Below, in pieces: positions 1 through 13,224 of a stretch of DNA of 64,000 nt. This stretch comes from Felis catus (lineage: Eukaryota): the NCBI RefSeq assembly GCF_018350175.1, contig NC_058368.1, positions 189,164,001-189,228,000 on the forward strand. Reading direction: 5' to 3'. Below the pieces are notes generated by a model that had not been told where the DNA came from, made no database searches, and worked only from the letters and a program-made list of their open reading frames with translations. Position 1 is the first letter of the stretch. Each line of letters begins with the position of its first letter. The position numbers and the translations under genes were made by a program.

Positions 1-833
1 GTTAACAGTATCCATGTCCAGGGGTTATTGAAATTATTGTACATCAACTGTGTTGTCTGGCACATGGTAAAGGCCCAAAAGTGGTTACTAAAAAAATCAG
101 AAGTGGAGGTCGCGGTCCAATCTATGATCTCTCTTAAAGTGCTAAAAATCATTACTGTACTATGTTAAAAATAAATGTTAATACAATATTAACTGTCTGA
201 ATGTGCTCCTAAGTGTGGCATTAAACACACGCAGCACTGCATGATCCTCGTCCAAGGCATTTCCCTGACACGGACACAAAACCATAACTCCAGTCCTCCC
301 TGCCAAAACACTCTCGGCCACCTGGCCTTAAACCACAGTTTCCTACACCCTCGACCACAACTCGAGTAATTCTGTTATCTTCAAGGCAAATGCAAACCCC
401 ACTTTCTTGGATGAATTAACCTTTGAGTTTCCCCCAAGGAAGCGGAGGGCAATTAAACAATCTTTCTGGCACTTAAAACAAAACAAAACAACAAACCACA
501 TCATTATCTTGGTATAAACACACCCCCTTAAAATATTCTAACAAGTGCGTACCCACTCCCCCCACTCGCCCATTGCTTCCACCCCCATTCCAGAATATTG
601 TAAAGTGATGTGAGAGCTGGCCTGGTTCACATTAGGGGCTCTGAAAGGTTGGAGGAGAATTGGATAGAAGGTTAATATTTGGCAGAACCTTGTAAATGAC
701 CTGATTGTTATTTTATATTGCCTACGGTCTCCAAACCACTGCTGCTTGCCAGAAAGGCCCCAAGTGTGGCCAGGTAGTTATACACAGCAATGTCACAAGC
801 CAGCTCCATGGAGGGACACACTTACTCTGTGTG

Positions 834-837
<4 letters not shown>

Positions 838-878
<41 letters not shown>
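838..878. repeat. (TG)~20 microsatellite
   Basis: Pure TG run read directly. Confidence 0.97.
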
Positions 879-883
<5 letters not shown>

Positions 884-2044
884 ATGAGTGAGTGCACAGG
901 CACCCTCTGTCTTTCCTTACACCCAGCCAAAATACAGCAGAGACCCAGCACAGCAATTATTTTTACGGATTTTTTTTTTGGTCTGCCCTCAGGGGACCTT
1001 CTCCCAGTTTAATTGTCTAAGGGGATTGTTTCCTTGTGGGATTTTATTTCAAAATGCTCCTGTTAAAATTTCTTTCTGAGGGGGAAGGAAAGAGAGGATG
1101 GATTTTTCTTTTTTAAATCTTAAACACATAAACACACAATCACATCAAAATTCACCAAACTGTGTATCCTGAAATTAATAGAGGTGTTTCATGATGCATA
1201 GATTTTTAAATTATTTGTCTAAAGATATGTTTAGAATTGATTATATTAAAGGTGTATAAATCTTAGGTTCCCTACCCCCACTCCCATGCCTTGGAAATGT
1301 ATTCAAGCAAACCAACTGAATTTTAAGTTAAGACAAACAGGGGGAGAGATCATTTGTCTCCAGTTATACATGAAATAGCTTATAATAGCGGATGCTGAGT
1401 TCATGAAGTATATGTTCGACCCCCTTTGATATAAATTCCATCATCAGCTCACAAAGAAATTGTATTTATGCATAAGACAGTGCTCTCTAACATGAACTCC
1501 TATAAATTATGAGAACAGAAAATCCAAATTTATAAGATGCCATTTCTGGATTTATTTTTAATGCTCTCTCCTGCATATTACCAAACAAATGCCACATTAG
1601 CAGAGCATGAAAGGCTTTTTACTGGCATAAGCTACAGCCATGAAATTCACAGCACAGGCTGGGGGACAGGGGCTTGTGAATGAAGAAGCAAAGAGAAAGT
1701 ATGAGAGGGACCAGCGCTTCTGAGTGCTTGGGAGGTCCAAAGGCCTGTTATTTGCTTTAGGGTAGACAAGCTGGTCATTTTCTTTTGAAGGAAGGAGCAT
1801 GTCTTGATCCATTAATGATAGCAAACACAGGTGATTGTTCTCATTTCCTATGAAATAAGAGGTTGTTTCCCTTCCAAACCCCACCCAGTAGGATCAGATC
1901 CAATTCTCTGCATCTTTCACTAATTCATTCGATCATGCATTAATTCATTTTTTTCATCAAGTATTTGTTGACTGCTCAATATGTATCGACCATTTAGCTA
2001 AGGAATTGAGGACACAGAGTCTAGTAAGAAGAACACTACAGGAT

Positions 2045-2625
2045 AAGAGTTAGGGCATAAGCTCTGGAGTTGGTCTGCCTGAGTTATGCACAAAGAAATA
2101 ACAACAACAACAATAATAATAATAATAATAATAATGGCTAACATTTACTGAATGTTAGGGACTATTCAGTACCTAGGTGCTAGGTACTATTCTAAGTTTT
2201 TACACATGTTAACTCATTTAACATTCTCACATTCCTATGAAGCTAGATACTTGTACTTATTTTATCAATGAAAAAACTGAAGTTAAAAGTCAGTTCTCAT
2301 AGTAAGAAGAAGAACTAGCATTTGAACCCATGGCTCAAGGCCAGAAGATTTAAACACTATGTTGAAAGGAGTAGGTACCCCTAAATCAGTCAAAGAACCA
2401 ATCAATCATCAGTCTCCCAGTTCTGCCCTTCACTGGCATGTGACCTTAGACAAGTTAGTTAACCACTCAGTGCCTCAGTTTTATCAACTATGAAATGGGG
2501 GTAACAATGGTACCTCCCTCACATTGTGGAGGTGAAGATTAAAGAAAGAGTTGCATGTGCACAACACTTACAATAGTCCCTGGTGCAGGACTATGCTCAG
2601 TGTGGGCTCTTAATACCTATTTATT
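2045..2625. mobile_element. MIR cluster: a minus-strand MIR (~2134-2365) inside a plus-strand MIR, with an (AAC)/(AAT)n tract at ~2099-2134
   Basis: MIR core motifs 'tgtgaccttagacaagttagttaaccactcagtgcctcagtttt' (+) and 'aacatttactga...aactcatttaa...aaactgaag' (-). Confidence 0.75.
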
Positions 2626-3174
2626 ATTATCACCATAATTTGGTACATCTTTTCTCTCACTCATTACATACACAGGATGTGTTAAGACATCAGGATCTAA
2701 TTGTTTCACAGAATCTGGATGAGGAAGGGTCAGATTCAAATAGTTATCAACCAGTAGAGATACCAAGAAGGTCACCTGCCTGGTCCAAGGCAAACAACCA
2801 GAAGAGTCTACTTCTGTTGGCTGCCTCCATTTTGTAGTTCAAGGAAGGTCTGGGGGTTGTGGGTGGGTGAGATTCACTGGTGAGTTCTGAGGATTCAGGC
2901 TGCAACCCAAGTCTCCACGTGTAGCGCGCTGTCCCCTTACTCCTCAGTTATTAGTCTCTCTTCAGGAAAGGCTTGAGGCAGTGCCTCTGAGCACTTAAGA
3001 CTTTTGATTATGTCCTCTTTTTTAAACACCCAAAGGCCGTGAGGTCAGGGTGCTAAAATATCAAAATGTACAAGAACACTCAAATGGCAACTACTCAGTA
3101 AGACCTCATTTTGTCCAAGGTGTGGGCACCAACTCTCTTCAGTCTCTGTCTTCAGAAATCAACCATTATTTACT

Positions 3175-3640
3175 GTCTTATCATCTCTACCAGGGAAAGT
3201 TCTTGGTGGCAAGCAACATAAGCTGAATGGGGCTGACTTGTGCAGCAAAATAATTTATCAAAAGGATATAGGGTAAAATGCCAAGTAGGAACCAGGCTCA
3301 GAAACGATTAGCCTGCTGGAAGATGAACATAACCTGCCATAAAATGCTGTGGACAAGATAGTGCTTCCTTCAGGATTGAGTACTCTGATCTGGAACTTGT
3401 ACATCTGGACCAGGCTGTCTAGGGGACCATCCTTCCTCTGCTTTCCTGGAAACTACATTTTGCTGCACTGACCATCATTACCAAAGAACTTTCCACAGGT
3501 CCTGCTTCTTTGCAGCTCTGTCTTTGGGCACAAAACCAGGAGTATATACATATGATTGACCAAGCTTAGGTGCATGCTCTTGCTGTCAGGGGAGTCTTGA
3601 AAGCAAGTTTCTGGCATTTTTAGATTCTGTAGGTGGAGAA
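3175..3640 (-). mobile_element. Old MaLR solo LTR fragment (MLT1K/L-like)
   Basis: 'ttcttggtggcaagcaacataagctga...ctgacttgtgcagcaaaataatttatcaaaaggatataggg' resembles the reverse-complemented 3' end of MLT1K/L; boundaries approximate. Confidence 0.55.
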
Positions 3641-3757
3641 AGATTCTGCCTGCCTCGAAATCTCATAAAGCGGAGGGGTACAAAATAATAGGAAAGAGGT
3701 TCAGCTGCTACCAACCAGAAATAACGACAAAAGTCCACTACATCTTTCCAGTTTGAA

Positions 3758-3983
3758 GAGTGATTCTCCAGGGATGATTTTGCCTGCCCTCTCTCGGGGA
3801 TATTTATAACGTCTGGAGACATTTTTGATTGTCACAACCGGGAGCAGTGTTACTATCACCAAGTGGGTAGAGGGCAAGGATGCTGCTAAATTCCCTACCA
3901 TGAATAGGGGAGCCCCTCTCCCCACCCAAAACATAGGATTAAATGGACCAAAATGTTAATAGTGCCAAGATGGAGACAGCCTT
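3758..3983 (+). mobile_element. MER20 (hAT-Charlie MITE)
   Basis: Diagnostic 'gtctggagacatttttgattgtcacaac', 'aggatgctgctaaa', 'aaaatgttaatagtgccaag'. Confidence 0.88.
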
Positions 3984-4259
3984 TGTTAGACTGAAAGCTC
4001 CATGTGGATAGGGATTCTCTCTGGTTTTTCTCACAGTTACATATTGACATCCATCAACAAAAGGGTTCTATGTGTTGAATAGATAAGCAAAAGAAAGGTA
4101 CATTAATAGGTGTCTTTGATTGTCCACTAGTTTTAATAGCAAAGGGACCAACAGATTGTTATGTCTTTTTGTTTCTGACTTCTTTCTGGCCACCATGGCT
4201 TCTAATACATGGCTGGCCATGCAACAGAAACCTAATACGTATTTGTCAAATGAATAAAC

Positions 4260-5215
4260 TCAGGGTAAAATCCAGAGTCTAAACAATGCCTACAAAGTCT
4301 TCAACAATCTGGCTTTCTTTGAACTCAACCTCCTTTCCTACTACATTCTCCCTTATTCACACTGCTCCCACCATACTGGCTTCTTTGTTATTCTTCCTAC
4401 ATGTCAGCCATGCTCCCCTTCACTCTGTCTGGAATGTTCTTTGTCCTCCCCACTTCCCAGATAGCTGCAAGGCTCACTCTTTCACTTCCTATAAATCTTT
4501 TTCTAAATAATCTCTTTCCAATTAAGCTTATCTTGAGCAAGTAAAGGCACACCTGCTACCCACCCTTGGCATTCTTGACAATTTTACACTACTCCTAGCT
4601 TTGTAAATAGCTTTATCTATAATTATATACATTTGTTATATATCAACTTAATATATAATACATGATGTCTATATATGACTGAGATGTAACTGGTATACAA
4701 AGAATTGCACATAATGAATGTGTACGATTTTATGAATTCAGACATACACAAACACCTGTGACACCAATACCACAATCAGGGTAATAGACATATTCATCAT
4801 TTCCATAGTTTCCTGTGTTCCTTTGGTTTTTATCTGTTTGTTTCTTTGTTTTGGAGCTTTTGTGGCAATAACACTTTAGTATGAGATCTACCCTCTTCAC
4901 AAATTTTGAAGTGCCCAATACTGTTAGTTACAGGCACTGTGTTATACAGCAGATCTCTGGAACTTACTCATTTTGTATTACTGAAACCTTATACCCACTG
5001 AACAACCGCACTGCTTTTTTACTCCCCACAGCACTTAACACGTCTAACATACTACAGAATATACTAATACGTTGTGTTTACACCTTATTATCTATCTTTC
5101 CCCCACTAGAGTGGCACTTTTTGTATATCTTGTTCACAGTGTATTATCAAGTGCTTAGAATGGTGTCTGACACATAGTAGACGTCCAATAAATGTTTCTT
5201 GAATGAACAAATAAC
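4260..5215 (+). mobile_element. L2a 3' region, interrupted by an L1 fragment
   Basis: L2 3' end 'gtgcttagaatggtgtctgacacatagtagacgtccaataaatgtttcttgaatgaa' and upstream 'cactgctcccaccatactggcttctttg'. Confidence 0.75.
4678..5010 (-). mobile_element. L1M (L1MA9/L1MB-like) 3' UTR fragment
   Basis: 'tatgagatctaccctcttcacaaattttgaagtg...tacagcagatctctggaacttactcat...actgaaaccttatacccactgaacaac' is typical of an L1MA/MB 3' end in reverse. Confidence 0.8.
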
Positions 5216-5369
5216 TAAATCAACTCCAAGATATGGGACAGATTATAAAAATACAAATAGTACCTCCAAAAGACTTTTTAAAGTTCACAGAATGATGGCT
5301 CCATAATGGTGCAGCAGAAGCACAGGACGTTTGGGTGTTTGGCGATGTTTAAGGCTGATCCTAGAAGCA

Positions 5370-5600
5370 AAGCACTAAGCTTCCTAAGGCTTACTGTGTA
5401 TCAAGCAGGGCCCTAGGGGGCTCCTAAAATAGCCTCTACTCCTCACAAATCTATGAGAGAATATTAGTATCTGAATTTTACAAATGAGGAAACTGGGGCT
5501 CAGAGAGATTAAGTAACTTCCCTAAGGGCAACAGAGCTAGAAGGCAACAGAGCTGGGACAGTGATCTGTTTTTTTCTGATTCCAACGCTCATGGCCCTGA
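5370..5600 (-). mobile_element. MIR
   Basis: 'ttttacaaatgaggaaactggggctcagagagattaagtaacttccctaagg' MIR core. Confidence 0.85.
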
Positions 5601-6289
5601 ATCCTACCTGGAAGGGCTTTGATCCTGGCCTGGTGGGGCAGTTCTCATGGTGCTAGATCTCAAGAGCCTACACCAAGTGGCCATATGGCATGAAGAATTT
5701 CCAGATTAACAGGGAAAGAAGGAAGCTAAATTATAGTGTCACCACACAAGAGTTCCCTCCAAACCATCATTTAATTTTTCTGGCTGCTTAATAATAATAT
5801 ACCAATATTCTGTGTACACATAATGACTTCATATTAATCATATGATTAGTACCTCTCTAAAGCCCAGTGCATTCTTTGGACCAGAAGACTTGTCCTATTT
5901 TAAAGATAAGGGAACTGAAGCATAGAAGGATCTAGTGACTTGTGCCAATATGGCCAGGAGTAAAATTCAGTGTTACTTAAGTGTTTATACAACGTATATG
6001 TTTGCACGTGTAAGTCCATGCATGTAGGTATATGTGTGTTTGTATGTGTGCAGGCCTAGATGCTAACGTCAAGAACAACACCTATCGAACACCTCGGGCC
6101 CTCTGGTTCTCTGCATGTTCCAGACACATCTGGAATTCAAGAGACAGGAAGGTGCTGAGACACATGCTGAATGAGATGAGTCTGAACATCTGGTCTCTAG
6201 ACTTGACCTTTCCACTTTCTTCACTTATCAAAAGAGGAGTTTGGTCATGTGATCTCCAAAGTATAATGACTCCCTGATACCACCATGAC

Positions 6290-6645
6290 CTCTGGGTTTC
6301 TGCACATGCTGTTCTCTTTCTGCAGTTTGTTTGTTTGTTTGTGTGTTCTCTCCCTTTAATCAGTCAATTCCTATTCATCCATAACATCCTGGCTTGAACC
6401 TTATTTCCTCAGTAGGGTTCTACTTTCTCACAGAGCCCTGAACTTGCCTTTCATGCCATTTAGCACAGCAGTTTGAAACTGTCCTTTTATTTGTGTACTG
6501 TTTGATCAAAGTCTATCTCTCCCTGCTGGGCTGTAACTTCCAAGAAAATAGGAGTCTTGTGACTTCCCCCCACTGCCCTGTACCCAGGGCTGAGCCCTGA
6601 AACATGGAAGGGGCTCTATCACCCTGTATTAATTGAATGAATGCA
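6290..6645 (+). mobile_element. L2 3' fragment
   Basis: 'tgcacatgctgttctct...gtctatctctccctgctgggctgtaacttccaaga...ttgaatgaatg'. Confidence 0.65.
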
Positions 6646-7576
6646 GGATAGGATCTGGGCTAGAGGTTGGTTTCTACTAATAGGAATTTGTGTGATGAGT
6701 AGCACCTTTCCAAGATCAGCAAACTAGCAACTGTTCTCTCTCCATAGTGAGATTTTAAGATTAACCATATTTAGGGCATTTCGACTTTTGACTAGGTATT
6801 TTAATGCTTAGAGTAGACTGAAAAAATTCAGTAAGATTTTTGTGAATCTGTGACATAAATATCAGACTGCTTGGATTTTTTTTTTTTTCCATTTCATGGT
6901 AGCCTTGCTTTTCTCTCATTGCCTGAGCTATATAATATGTGGCCAAAAGCTCTCAGGGTGATTTTTAAAATTAAGAATGCTTATTTTGCTTTGTAAGTTT
7001 TCTTGCAAGTATCTGTTTGTAAAGTCACTTTAGTAACTGCACAGGAAACTTCATCTCATGACCTAATGATTCCCTGTTTTAAACCAAAGTCTTCTACCCA
7101 GATTGGCCATTTTCTTTCCTCATGACAGTTAATGCCAGATGACTTTCAGTCCATTTTAACAGTTAAATCTTTACTGCAAGGATGAAGACTGACTGCCATC
7201 AAAACTTCTCAAAATATCCTGGGACTTGGGTGTTCTAGTAATGGCAGCCTCACTGTGATAAATGGCAGCTTTTTGGGGTGATCACTTAGAACATGGTTGT
7301 TTTTATATGATTTGTTTTTTAAGACAGCCAGGTTGCCTTAGGTAGTCATAATTTTTTCAGGTTAGATTATTAAGAAAAAAACAGTTTTTACATAGCTGTT
7401 TTCATAGTATTTGGTTACACTTCTTGATATTACTCATGGAAGAGGAAACAGTGAATAATGCTCTTTATTGACATATTCTTTGAGCCCTCCAGGCTGTAAT
7501 GTCAGAAGAGTAGAGATCATGTCTCTCACATGGTGGTTGTGTCCTCAGCAAGCACAGTGTGTAGAGGCAATACAAG

Positions 7577-7710
7577 ACTGTGCCAACACATTCTAGTTTG
7601 CCCAAGACCGTCTTCGTTTACTCTGGCTTGTCCTGGTACAATCTTTAATAGCATCCCCCTTTTACTCTTGAAAATGCCAGAGTATGAGAGATAAATTAAA
7701 TAGCAATAAA
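7577..7710 (-). mobile_element. MER94 (hAT-Blackjack MITE)
   Basis: 'tttgcccaagaccgtc...ttgtcctgg...aatagcatcccccttttactcttgaaaatg' matches MER94 in reverse. Confidence 0.7.
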
Positions 7711-7779
7711 TGTTTTTGATGGCATCAAGGGTGAAATAACAGACAAGACCCACATCTCTCATATATCTAACATACGTGA

Positions 7780-7962
7780 TGAAGCTGATAAGCTGACTTT
7801 CTGAAAACAAAGCAAATAAGCCCTGATTTGTGATATTTTCTGATTTCTGTGGTGCAAATACTCCTGTTATGCCTGATTCTAAGCTACCGATGTGGCATCA
7901 CTCATTGTGGGGTTGGGAAGAGATGTGTGAGCTGTTCTGAGCTGGCTTCAGCACAGCGGTGT
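7780..7962 (-). mobile_element. MER63-like hAT MITE
   Basis: 'ccctgatttg...tttctgtggtgcaaatactcc...aagctacc...gttgggaagagatg...gctggcttcagcacagcgg'. Confidence 0.65.
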
Positions 7963-8704
7963 ACCAGTAATTCTCAGCTACTGGTGTAGGGTGGAGATGC
8001 CAGATTGAAAATGGGTGTGTGGTTTGTTCTAGGGATGATAGTGAGCAAAATGTAACAGCTGATATGACATGGGTACCAGTCCATCAGAATGGATGCTAGC
8101 CTGATCACTGTAGATATGGACTGTGAAGGAACAGTATAATCAATTAGAGCATCATGGTCCTGGCCCTATTGGGATTGAAGCCACCACCTTGACCTCATCT
8201 TCCCTGCACACTCACTTACCAAACTTACTTAGTTTGTCAAAGGCAGGCCAAGGACAATAGCAATATGACTTCCAGGTCCTATAACAATCTTTCGGTGTTT
8301 CCTAGAATTCTGAACAGAGCAGACTAGTCCTCCCCTGTGTGTGGTGTACTCTCCAAAGCTGTGAGTGGATCACAAAGCATCACAGATCCATGCTGGGAAC
8401 TCCTGCTGGCCTGCCCTACTGGAGAATATTCCACAGTTTCTCTGTTACCTTGATGTGGAATTGAACTGTAGAGGAGTTAGACAACATAAGCTAAAAGTAT
8501 TCTCAACCTCCCTTTGATTTAGGTAGGAAAAAAAATTTTTTTTAAGATAAAATAAAACATACTCCCAGGCCATCAAGAACACAGTTCTTAGAAGATGTGG
8601 GCAAACTTTCAACTCTGCCAAGAAATAGATAAGTGCTCCAGTAGATGAACACAGACAAACTGTTAAAAGAAAATGAGGACAAATCAAAACTCTTCCTTGG
8701 CATC

Positions 8705-9064
8705 TGTCTTAGTCCATTTGGGCTGATATAAAAGAATATCACTGGTTGAGTGGCTTATAAACAACAGAAATTTATTTCTTACAGTTCTCAAGTTAGGAAG
8801 TCCAAGATCAAGGCCCCAGCAGAATCAGTGTCTGATGAGGGCTTGATTCTTGGTTCTTAGATCATTCTCTTCTGTGTCCTCACAAAGTGAAAGGGGTGAA
8901 GGAGCTCCTTGCGTTTGTTTTACAAGGACACTAATCTCATTTATGAAGTCTCCACCCTCATGACCTAATCACTTCCCAAAGTCCTCACCTTTAAATACTG
9001 TCACATTGGGAATTAGGTTTCAACATAGAAATTTTGGGTGGACACAAAAATTTAATCTATAGAA
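8705..9064 (-). mobile_element. MLT1A-type MaLR solo LTR, full length
   Basis: Starts 'tgtcttagtccatttgggctg'; contains 'aacaacagaaatttatttcttacagttct', 'aagtccaagatcaagg', 'ccctcatgacctaatcac'; 5-bp target-site duplication GCATC at 8700-8704 and 9065-9069. Confidence 0.92.
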
Positions 9065-9354
9065 GCATCTTGAAGGGTAGTGGAAAGAAGCTGAGTCAAG
9101 CTGCTGTTTTGATGCTGAAATGCATCACATTTTCTTTGCAGAGAACAAAGACCAGCAGGCTGTGTTGTTGAAGGTTGTCAAACTTCATAGATGATTGATT
9201 CCTGGAAGTCAGTGTCTTCACATGATGGTTAGGACATGCCTAGTAGATAGGAAGAGGTAGTTGAATGCGTCGTCAGTTTGGAGAGGATCTATATACAGCT
9301 GGAATTGACTGCCACCTACATCTTGAAGGCATTTAGAGCTCCCAAGTCACACAT

Positions 9355-9525
9355 AAGAGCTGACTTCATGGGTATATAATCTGAGCAGTTATACAGGGTC
9401 CCATAGCTGGAAAGGCCTCACCTTTGGTTCAATGTTCTACTGTTGCCATCTTGAAATTCTCGGTAACTTTTGAACAAGAGATCCAGATTTTTCATTTTGC
9501 ACAAGGCACTGCAAATTGATTTGTA
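9355..9525 (+). mobile_element. MER91A (hAT-Tip100 MITE)
   Basis: 'gacttcatggg...ctgttgccatcttgaaattct...ttttgaacaagag...ttttcattttgcac...tgcaaatt'. Confidence 0.75.
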
Positions 9526-9959
9526 TCTTTCCAAAGGAGATAAGGTTTTAACTTTTCAAATTGTGTATCCTGGACAATGTGTATCATGAGGTACTAAGGG
9601 ATAAAGGGAAGGAGAATGGAAGTATGAATATGTTAATAAGAAAGGATCACAGTTTCCTTCACCTGTTAGCAAAAATACATCTTATCTGAACAATTAACCC
9701 ATTGTAACTAATCAGAAGGTATAGTTGGGAGGAGGCAATAACGGGGCACAAGAAAAGTGGGACAACACAGAGAAGGAGTAGTTTGTGGAGAGAAGCTGAA
9801 AATATAAAATAGAGAAGCAAAGACCAATTTCCTAAATTTCCAAATGTTTCTACATTGCAACCCAAAATTCCTTGAATTTGCTTCCTTCTCTTTCTCTTTT
9901 CCTTTTCTTCTCCCTCCCTCTAGTCTTTTATATAATCATCAATAAACCCTTATGGTAGA

Positions 9960-10260
9960 CAATGAAATGCATAATAAGAAAGATAATGGTAAAGTACTCT
10001 GTGAGTTCAGAAGAGGGAGACATCATTCCTAATGTGTGGGAAGATACATTTGGAGGAGGAGTCAGCACTGTAGCTGGTCCTTGGGAGATGGGAGTGACTT
10101 GGATACAAGGTGATAGAAAGGTTTTCTAAGGAGAGAGGACAGTGGGAACAAAGGCATGAAATGAGAAAGCCTGGGGGTGATTATAAAGAACAGTGCATTG
10201 CTTTGTTCGGCTGGAGCACAAGGTTCATGACGAGGAGCAGTGGGAGGTAGAGCTTTCATT
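9960..10260 (-). mobile_element. L2 fragment
   Basis: 'agttcagaagagggaga...agagaggacagtgggaacaaaggcatgaaatgagaaagc...ggctggagcacaagg'. Confidence 0.55.
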
Positions 10261-10410
10261 TCTCCCTCTATTGATTCTTTTCCTAAATATTTCAGATGAA
10301 CAGAAGCCACAGTTTAGAGAAAGGGATGCTTAGCCAAGTAACTGGTCCTTAGCGACTAGTCTTATCTCTACCTTGTGCTGTGACATATTGCAAATTCCCA
10401 ATTTGGAAAA

Positions 10411-11041
10411 TGTATCTGTCAGGACAGACTTGGTAGCAATAAATAAATCCCTAATTTCAGTTGCTTAAAAATGTTAACAAAGGTTTCTTTCTTGTTCCAT
10501 GATCTATGGCCATAGCACGTCAGCTGGAGACTCTGTTCTGCTCCATGTCGTCCTCAGTCAGGGATTCAGGCTGATGAAGGCCCTACCACCTGGAGCTTTG
10601 CTGGTTGCTATGGGAGGGGACAAGAAAAACAAACCACATACTGGCCTGTAAAGGCTTTTGCCCAAAGGAAGCCCATATCAGCTCCATTCACGTTTCATTG
10701 GCTAATGCCTCTTTTGACTACACCCAACTTAAAGAGGCCAGAGGAAAATGCAATCCTATCATATACTTAACAAAAGAAACATTATAAATATTTGAGGGGT
10801 GCCTGGGTGGCTCAGTTGGTTAAGCATCCAACTCTTAAATTTCAGCTCAGATCATGATCTCATGGTTTATGAGAACGAACCCCGTGTTCAGCTCTGCAGT
10901 GAGTATGGAACCTGCTTGGGATTGTCTCTCTCTCCCTCTTTCTCTGCCTCTTCCCCACTCAAGCTCTCTGTCTCTCTCAAAATAAATAAACTTTTTTTTA
11001 AAAAAGGAAATATTTGGTGAACGGCACTAATGAATATTACA
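10411..11041 (-). mobile_element. MLT1I-type MaLR solo LTR, full length, split by a CAN-SINE
   Basis: Both ends present ('tgtatctgtcaggaca' and 'aaatatttggtgaacggcactaatgaatattaca'); internal 'ctgctccatgtcgtcctca', 'aggctgatg', 'tttcattggc', 'tgcaatccta'. Confidence 0.85.
10796..11005 (+). mobile_element. CAN-SINE (older subfamily)
   Basis: tRNA-like head 'ggggtgcctgggtggctcagttggttaagc', CT tract, AATAAA/A tail; TSD core AAATATTTG on both sides. Confidence 0.95.
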
Positions 11042-11639
11042 GAAAATCTCAAGGTAATTTGTTCCAAGACACCTAAACATTTGCTTCAATCATGTATTAT
11101 ATGATTGGATGAAGAGTTTTTACAGCATCATATTTTGGTGCTTTGGCAATTTGATAGTCAGATTTATTTCTATAACTGAAGTTTTTTAATTAATTTCTTT
11201 TAAAACTTCTTACCAGTTTTTTTTTTTTCAAATTCAAGTTACCTGGGAACTATAGAAATTCTAATCATTCCAGCCCTACTTTATTTCTGAATAAATAAAC
11301 TACATGATCAAACCTGAACTACATGATCAAGTATTATTTATGGATTACTCTGGAATTTTCTCTAGTTTGGGGATGAAAGATGCATCACCACTTTCTCTTC
11401 TTTTGCCCAAGACAGACATTACTAATCAGTCATGGTCCTCTTTTCCACTGAATCAAATTTGAATTCTTATCAATAGAGTGTTCCAACTAATCAGGGTTTT
11501 AAATGAAATAAAACCAGTTTATCATCCTCTTATAACAGGGTGCAGGGGAAATACTATCTAAAAACCCAGACTACTTTCTAAGAAATCAATAGCTCATGAA
11601 TGGGAAGGACTTAATTCTTTTTTACATATATATCGATTT

Positions 11640-11770
11640 GTTGGTTCTCTCATTTATTCAGCAAGCATTTACTGAGAAACTACTATGTGCCAGGTACTGT
11701 TCTAGGCACTGGGGATGCTGATGGGCATGACAAGCATGGTCCCTTCCCCAGGGGAACTAATGTTCTAATA
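11640..11770 (-). mobile_element. L2 3' end
   Basis: 'catttattcagcaagcatttactgagaaactactatgtgccaggtactgttctaggcactggggatg'. Confidence 0.8.
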
Positions 11771-12097
11771 CTATTATGTATGTCAATGAATTTGTGTATA
11801 CAAGTATGGGAAGAGGAGACAGAAGGAAACTGTATTACAAGATAGAGCAGAAAAATTTAAAGTTGAAGTAAATGGATTTTGAAAGGCCAGAGGAGAACTA
11901 AAAACCTAAGTGTTCCATGGAGTGAAGCCAGAGAAAGAGAGACAGAAAAAAAACAAAACAAAAAACCCACAAAACTCTAGCAGCAGTAATGAAAACTGTC
12001 CTCATTCACCATAGAGCTCAAATCAATTGATTAACACTTACATATTTGCTAAGACTTCATTGGTTATCCTTCCTAGAAGTAACTCTTTTTTTTTCAG

Positions 12098-12545
12098 ATT
12101 CATTCATTCACCCACTTATTTGCTTATTCATATGTGTCAGACAATAGGTGGTTCCACAGAAATCAAAACACAAGTAACATAAAAAGACTATCTAAAGGAG
12201 TGCCCAGGCTCAAGTTTAGAAGTTTAGGAAGGTACAAGGGAGGCTGACAGAGAAGGAAACAATTACAAGACAGAGCAATGATAAAGATGATGATGCCACA
12301 AAAGAAGGCATGATCATCTTTGGCTGCACAGGGATGGCTTTGATGGGACCTAAAGGAAAAGTGAGTGGAATTGTCCTTGAGGAAGAGGAGGCCAAGGATA
12401 ACTTGAGCAGAGAGAGGGGTACAGCAGGACAAAGTATAAGAGGTTGGAGGGAGTCTGGGGAATTTGACAGGAATCACTAGCTTTGGAATGTTGAGGGCAA
12501 GAAGATGAGGTTGGGAAGATTTAGAAAGACACCAGCCATGGGAAT
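12098..12545 (-). mobile_element. L2 fragment
   Basis: 'ttcattcattca...' terminus followed by a purine-rich L2 body. Confidence 0.55.
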
Positions 12546-12785
12546 ATATGAAGCTCTTAGGCTGGGGTTTCAGGGATGAACAGTACAAGGTTCTCCTGAC
12601 ACCACTGAAATTAGCACACAGGTTGCTCCTCACTCCATCTGCACATAGAACCATCCCAATGCTAATGGTGAACTTGCCTCTTTTGCTCTGTTCTTGGAGT
12701 CAGGCTTCCTCCTTGCATTACAGCCCTCTGTCTGAAATGCAAAAGAATGTGACCTTTGCAAGAGAACAGTATCCTCTTTCAAAAG

Positions 12786-12788
<3 letters not shown>

Positions 12789-12820
<32 letters not shown>
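12789..12820. repeat. A32 homopolymer
   Basis: Read directly. Confidence 0.95.
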
Positions 12821-12823
<3 letters not shown>

Positions 12824-13224
12824 TGACTTCATTGAAGGGTATGCTCTCAGTTGGTGGTATGAAAAGTTTCATCTTTTTAAACTTGAGCCAACAGACCTCC
12901 ACAGCACCAGAACACCTGTGTCCCCAAGGTCATTTGTGGTTAGAAGCCCAAAGTTGTAAGCATGTAGAATTTTACCTTCTTATCACTCTGAGGAGTTGGG
13001 TTTGATCTTGAGCCACGTTATCTTCGAGTCTATTCAAATGTCTTTGTGCAGTGGATGCTAAAGTCTGTATTTGTATGCCACTCTTTGTAAGTGCAGAGAC
13101 CCCTTGAACTCCTCAGGACACAATGGGGTTTCATTATAATGATGCTGTTTGTAGCATGTACCTACTTCATTTTCCCCTTTCTTTGGGGACTGGCTTTCTT
13201 TGTTTTCAGGTTCACCTATGTGTT

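Noticed and set aside
12163..12654. Longest ORF (163 aa, minus strand)
   Set aside because: Overlaps a decayed L2 fragment, has no recognisable domain and no supporting splice or promoter context
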